From an uncultured Acidobacteriota bacterium (GTDB taxonomy: Bacteria; Acidobacteriota; Thermoanaerobaculia; Gp7-AA8), in NCBI GenBank assembly GCA_963741955.1, contig CAVUKB010000010.1, positions 64,001 through 128,000 of the forward strand: 64,000 bases of DNA. The letters run 5' to 3'. Every line of letters begins with the position of its first letter. Position 1 is the stretch's first letter. Both the position numbers and the translations under genes were made by a program. The notes beneath the pieces are model-generated. The model ran no database searches. It worked only from the letters and a program-made list of their open reading frames with translations, and was not told where the DNA came from. Shown piece by piece: positions 61,145-64,000 of the stretch.

Positions 61145-64000
61145 ATGCAAGAGAGCCGCGTCATTCATGCAGCGCACCTTCTCGCCTCGGTTTTCGTCCT
61201 CCTCCTGCTCGTCGGAGCCAGAGGGTTTCTGGCGACGCAGCCTTTTGTTTCGGCAATTCTGCTTCTGTTGTTCGTCCCCGTTTACTACACCGCAGCACGG
61301 GTGCGGAGCTTCGGACGTTTTCTCTATCCCGCCGCATTTCTGCTCGTACTCGCCTGGGCTCTCGTACTTCACGGTGCCGGGGTGCCTCTCGCGCTGCAAC
61401 CGGTCGGCGCCATCCTTCCGATCATCGGCTTTTACTGGGCGGGTGAGACCGGCGTCCCTCGCCGGGTGGAGAATTCGGCGGCCGTTCTCGGACGAGTGAA
61501 CGACATCATCATCGCGGTCTTCTCGCTCTGGATCGTGGTGCGGTTTTCGTGGTTTCTGAAGGAAGCGCCATGGGGTGCGGGCGCCGCGCTCGCGGTCTAC
61601 TCGGTCTTCCTGTGGCTCCGCTTCACCGACAATCGCCGGATCGCCTGGTCCGCAGCATCGGTACTTCTCGCGAGCGGCGCGTTCTACTTCGTGGTTCTCT
61701 GGCAGCCGCGCATCGCCCTTCTGGTCACCAGCCTCGCGCTGGTCGGTCTGGTGGTGGGACTCGCGATCAGCGAACGGCTGGAGGCTGTCGAAACGATCGG
61801 ATTCTCCGCGCCGGTCGCGTTCTTCGGACTCACCGGGATGCTCGCGGACGTGCCGATGGTGGTGCCGTCGGCCTGGCTGGGCTTCGGACTGGCGTGGCTT
61901 CTCCTGTCGATCTGGCTGTACGAGCCCGAGCGGACGCCGCTGATGTCGGAGAACGAAGGTTCGGCGGGAGCCGTCTCGCCGCACCTGATCGCGGGGATTC
62001 TTTCGATCATCGTCCCGATCTTCGTCTTCGACGTCTGGCGTAATGACGTCCTGTTCGGGGCCTGGCTCGCTTCGCTGTTTCTCGGGACGCTCGTTGCGGG
62101 GCGGGTATTCGGAGAGAACGCGGTCAGTCTCATCGAGGTCCTCTTCGCGCGAGTGCTCGGAGTACTCTCGCGGGTTGCTGCGCCGGTCTTTTTCGTCTTC
62201 GTTCTCCTCCACGGCGTCACCGGAAGTTTCCGGCTGGCGATCATCGCGTTCTTCTTCGCCGCGATCTCTCTCTCCGCAGGCTGGCAGACGGAGCCGCGGG
62301 TATTCACGCGACGGAATGCCCGGGTGTGGGAGGGGGGAGCGCTGCTCGCTCTCGGATGGTTTCTCGCCGTGCATCGGCTGTCGAGCAGCTCGTGGATCGA
62401 GCTTCTGCTGGCGTCGGGTGCGCCGCTGGTCTTTCTGCTGCTCCTGGAATCCCGACTCAGTGAGCGCCGGGAGAGGGGCGTCTACGGCGAGTCGCTCGCC
62501 GATTCTGCGGTCGTCGCGTCCATCCTCGCGTCGGTGCTCGCAGTGGTCGCGTCCCCGGACGATCTGATTCGGGCCGGCGTGATCGGCGGAATCCTCCTCC
62601 TCGCGACCGCCGCTGCGTTCTACTTCAGAAGAGAGCCGTCGACCCTCTACTCGGTTCCCGTGGTACTCGGCTACTGGATGTACATGGTCGCTCGGGCGGC
62701 GGGTGGAACCGGGGAACTGCTCGGCGTCCCGTACCTCGTGGTCGGGCTTCTCTCCGCATGGGTCGGATACGGGCTGCTGGCGCGCGATCGGCGATGGCAC
62801 CGGGTACTGCAGTTCATGTGGTTCCTCTGCACCGCAGTGGCGCTGTTCCTCTTTGCACCGTTCAGCGCGATCGGCGCGTGGCTTGCGCCGCTGTGGGCCG
62901 TCTCGTTCGTCCTGGTCGCCCGGGGGCGGGCAGCTCGGCGCGACGCGGCCTTTGCCAACGGGCTCGAGATCGCGGGAGGAATTCTGGCTGCAGCCAGTCT
63001 CGCGGTGCTGATCTGGAGAAGGATCGATCTCGCAGCCGCGACCGCGCTCTGTATCTACGCGCTGACGTGGGGCCTGACCGGGATCCTGAAGCGCGTCTAC
63101 GCTTATCTCTATCCTGCCACTCTCGCTGCGGTGGCCGCTCTCTTCTTCGTCGCGCGTCCGACCACCGGGGAGGAGTATTACCTGACCTGGGTCTTCCCGC
63201 TCGGCGCTGCGTTCCTGGCCGTTGCGATGCGATACCGGCGAAGAGATCGGAAGCCGCTCGCGATTCCGTGGGAGATCTCGACGCTGATTGCCACAGTCGC
63301 CGGAGCGGCACTCTTTCTTCTCCTTCCGTTCGGCGAGGCGCTCGCGCTCGGCGTGCTGACCGGAGCGGCCTGGCTGGTGATCTTCGGAATGGTCACCCTG
63401 CGCGCAGAGGAGTATCTCGCTGCCGCAGGTCTGGCGGCCGCATTCGTGCTGTACGAGCTTCTCCCGCTCTTCCAGGGGGTCAGCTCGTCGAATCGCCTCG
63501 CGGTTTTCGCTCCCGTCGCAATCGTTCTCGCAGTCGCGGGGAGGCTGCTCCAGCAGCGAGGGCGGGAGATCAAGGGATGGGCGGCGTGGGGCGCCGCGAC
63601 GACGGTCGCAGTCCTCGCCTCCGTTTTCGCGGTCTGGCCGGGAGGGACGGCAGTGGTGGCTGCCCGGATCGTGCTGGTGATCGCCGCGCTTCTCTGGGCG
63701 CTCCTTCTCGCCTGGAGTCAGAAGGAAGGTTTCGTGTATCTCGCGACGCTGACCCTCGCGATTCTCACCTGGAGCTTCGTCGCGAGCTCGTCCGATCTCT
63801 TCGGAAGGCACCTCTTCGCGTTCTTCGTCGTCGGGGTCGCGCTGCTCGGGGCGATCTTTCTCGCCTCCGCACTGCGGACGCGCTTCAGATTCCGCGAGCC
63901 GACGCTCTACGCACCGTCGTGGCGCTGGAGCCACCGATTTCTCTATCTCGTCCCCGTCGCGATTCTCGGTGTGGCCGTCTTCGGGAGCTGGGGAGTGACC
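61145..64000 (+). CDS. Very large polytopic membrane protein (more than 952 aa, runs off the window)
   Basis: GAGGTG RBS; ATG 8 nt after the protease stop; MQESRVIHAAHLLASVFVLLLLVG...FLYLVPVAILGVAVFGSWGVT. Hydrophobic in the segments translated by hand, and no ORF-track entry terminates in this frame. Confidence 0.85.
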   Translation, partial: MQESRVIHAAHLLASVFVLLLLVGARGFLATQPFVSAILLLLFVPVYYTAARVRSFGRFLYPAAFLLVLAWALVLHGAGVPLALQPVGAILPIIGFYWAGETGVPRRVENSAAVLGRVNDIIIAVFSLWIVVRFSWFLKEAPWGAGAALAVYSVFLWLRFTDNRRIAWSAASVLLASGAFYFVVLWQPRIALLVTSLALVGLVVGLAISERLEAVETIGFSAPVAFFGLTGMLADVPMVVPSAWLGFGLAWLLLSIWLYEPERTPLMSENEGSAGAVSPHLIAGILSIIVPIFVFDVWRNDVLFGAWLASLFLGTLVAGRVFGENAVSLIEVLFARVLGVLSRVAAPVFFVFVLLHGVTGSFRLAIIAFFFAAISLSAGWQTEPRVFTRRNARVWEGGALLALGWFLAVHRLSSSSWIELLLASGAPLVFLLLLESRLSERRERGVYGESLADSAVVASILASVLAVVASPDDLIRAGVIGGILLLATAAAFYFRREPSTLYSVPVVLGYWMYMVARAAGGTGELLGVPYLVVGLLSAWVGYGLLARDRRWHRVLQFMWFLCTAVALFLFAPFSAIGAWLAPLWAVSFVLVARGRAARRDAAFANGLEIAGGILAAASLAVLIWRRIDLAAATALCIYALTWGLTGILKRVYAYLYPATLAAVAALFFVARPTTGEEYYLTWVFPLGAAFLAVAMRYRRRDRKPLAIPWEISTLIATVAGAALFLLLPFGEALALGVLTGAAWLVIFGMVTLRAEEYLAAAGLAAAFVLYELLPLFQGVSSSNRLAVFAPVAIVLAVAGRLLQQRGREIKGWAAWGAATTVAVLASVFAVWPGGTAVVAARIVLVIAALLWALLLAWSQKEGFVYLATLTLAILTWSFVASSSDLFGRHLFAFFVVGVALLGAIFLASALRTRFRFREPTLYAPSWRWSHRFLYLVPVAILGVAVFGSWGVT

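Noticed and set aside
61013-63934. 973-aa minus-strand ORF
   Set aside because: Codon-aligned antisense shadow of the plus-strand membrane protein starting at 61145; R/E/D-rich with no motifs.

Overview
High-GC bacterial chromosomal window. The gene content and protein families suggest an Acidobacteriota/Thermoanaerobaculia-like organism (inference only). In order: a complete minus-strand alpha-glucan/trehalose operon (glgE, treS-maltokinase fusion, malQ, glgB, treZ, treY truncated at the window edge); a GGDEF protein; dodecin; the N-degron cluster clpS-clpA-aat; two tandem CPA-type antiporter genes; a PilZ protein; an MBL hydrolase; two M61 peptidases; a di-haem cytochrome c peroxidase; O-antigen ligase-like plus TPR genes; a frameshifted Cys-rich response regulator; ADP-ribosylglycohydrolase; an RRM protein; MscS; a UbiE-like methyltransferase; a homogentisate cluster (hppD, hmgA, unknown gene, fahA; no maiA); msrB-msrA; a nickel transporter divergent from an hdrC-hdrB-hdrL-mvhD-mvhG-mvhA-protease operon; and a polytopic membrane protein of more than 950 aa running off the right edge. 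The most notable hidden signals are: (1) a secreted thioredoxin-TPR protein split in the ORF track by an in-frame UGA at its active site (W-U-H-T-C, probable selenoprotein); (2) an uncharacterised gene occupying the missing isomerase slot of the homogentisate pathway; (3) a bacteriocin-like precursor plus ABC transporter islet; (4) the HdrL-Mvh operon with its coupled giant membrane protein; (5) heptamer tandem arrays at gene 3' ends and a palindromic MITE-like insertion. All family calls come from motif recognition, not database searches.
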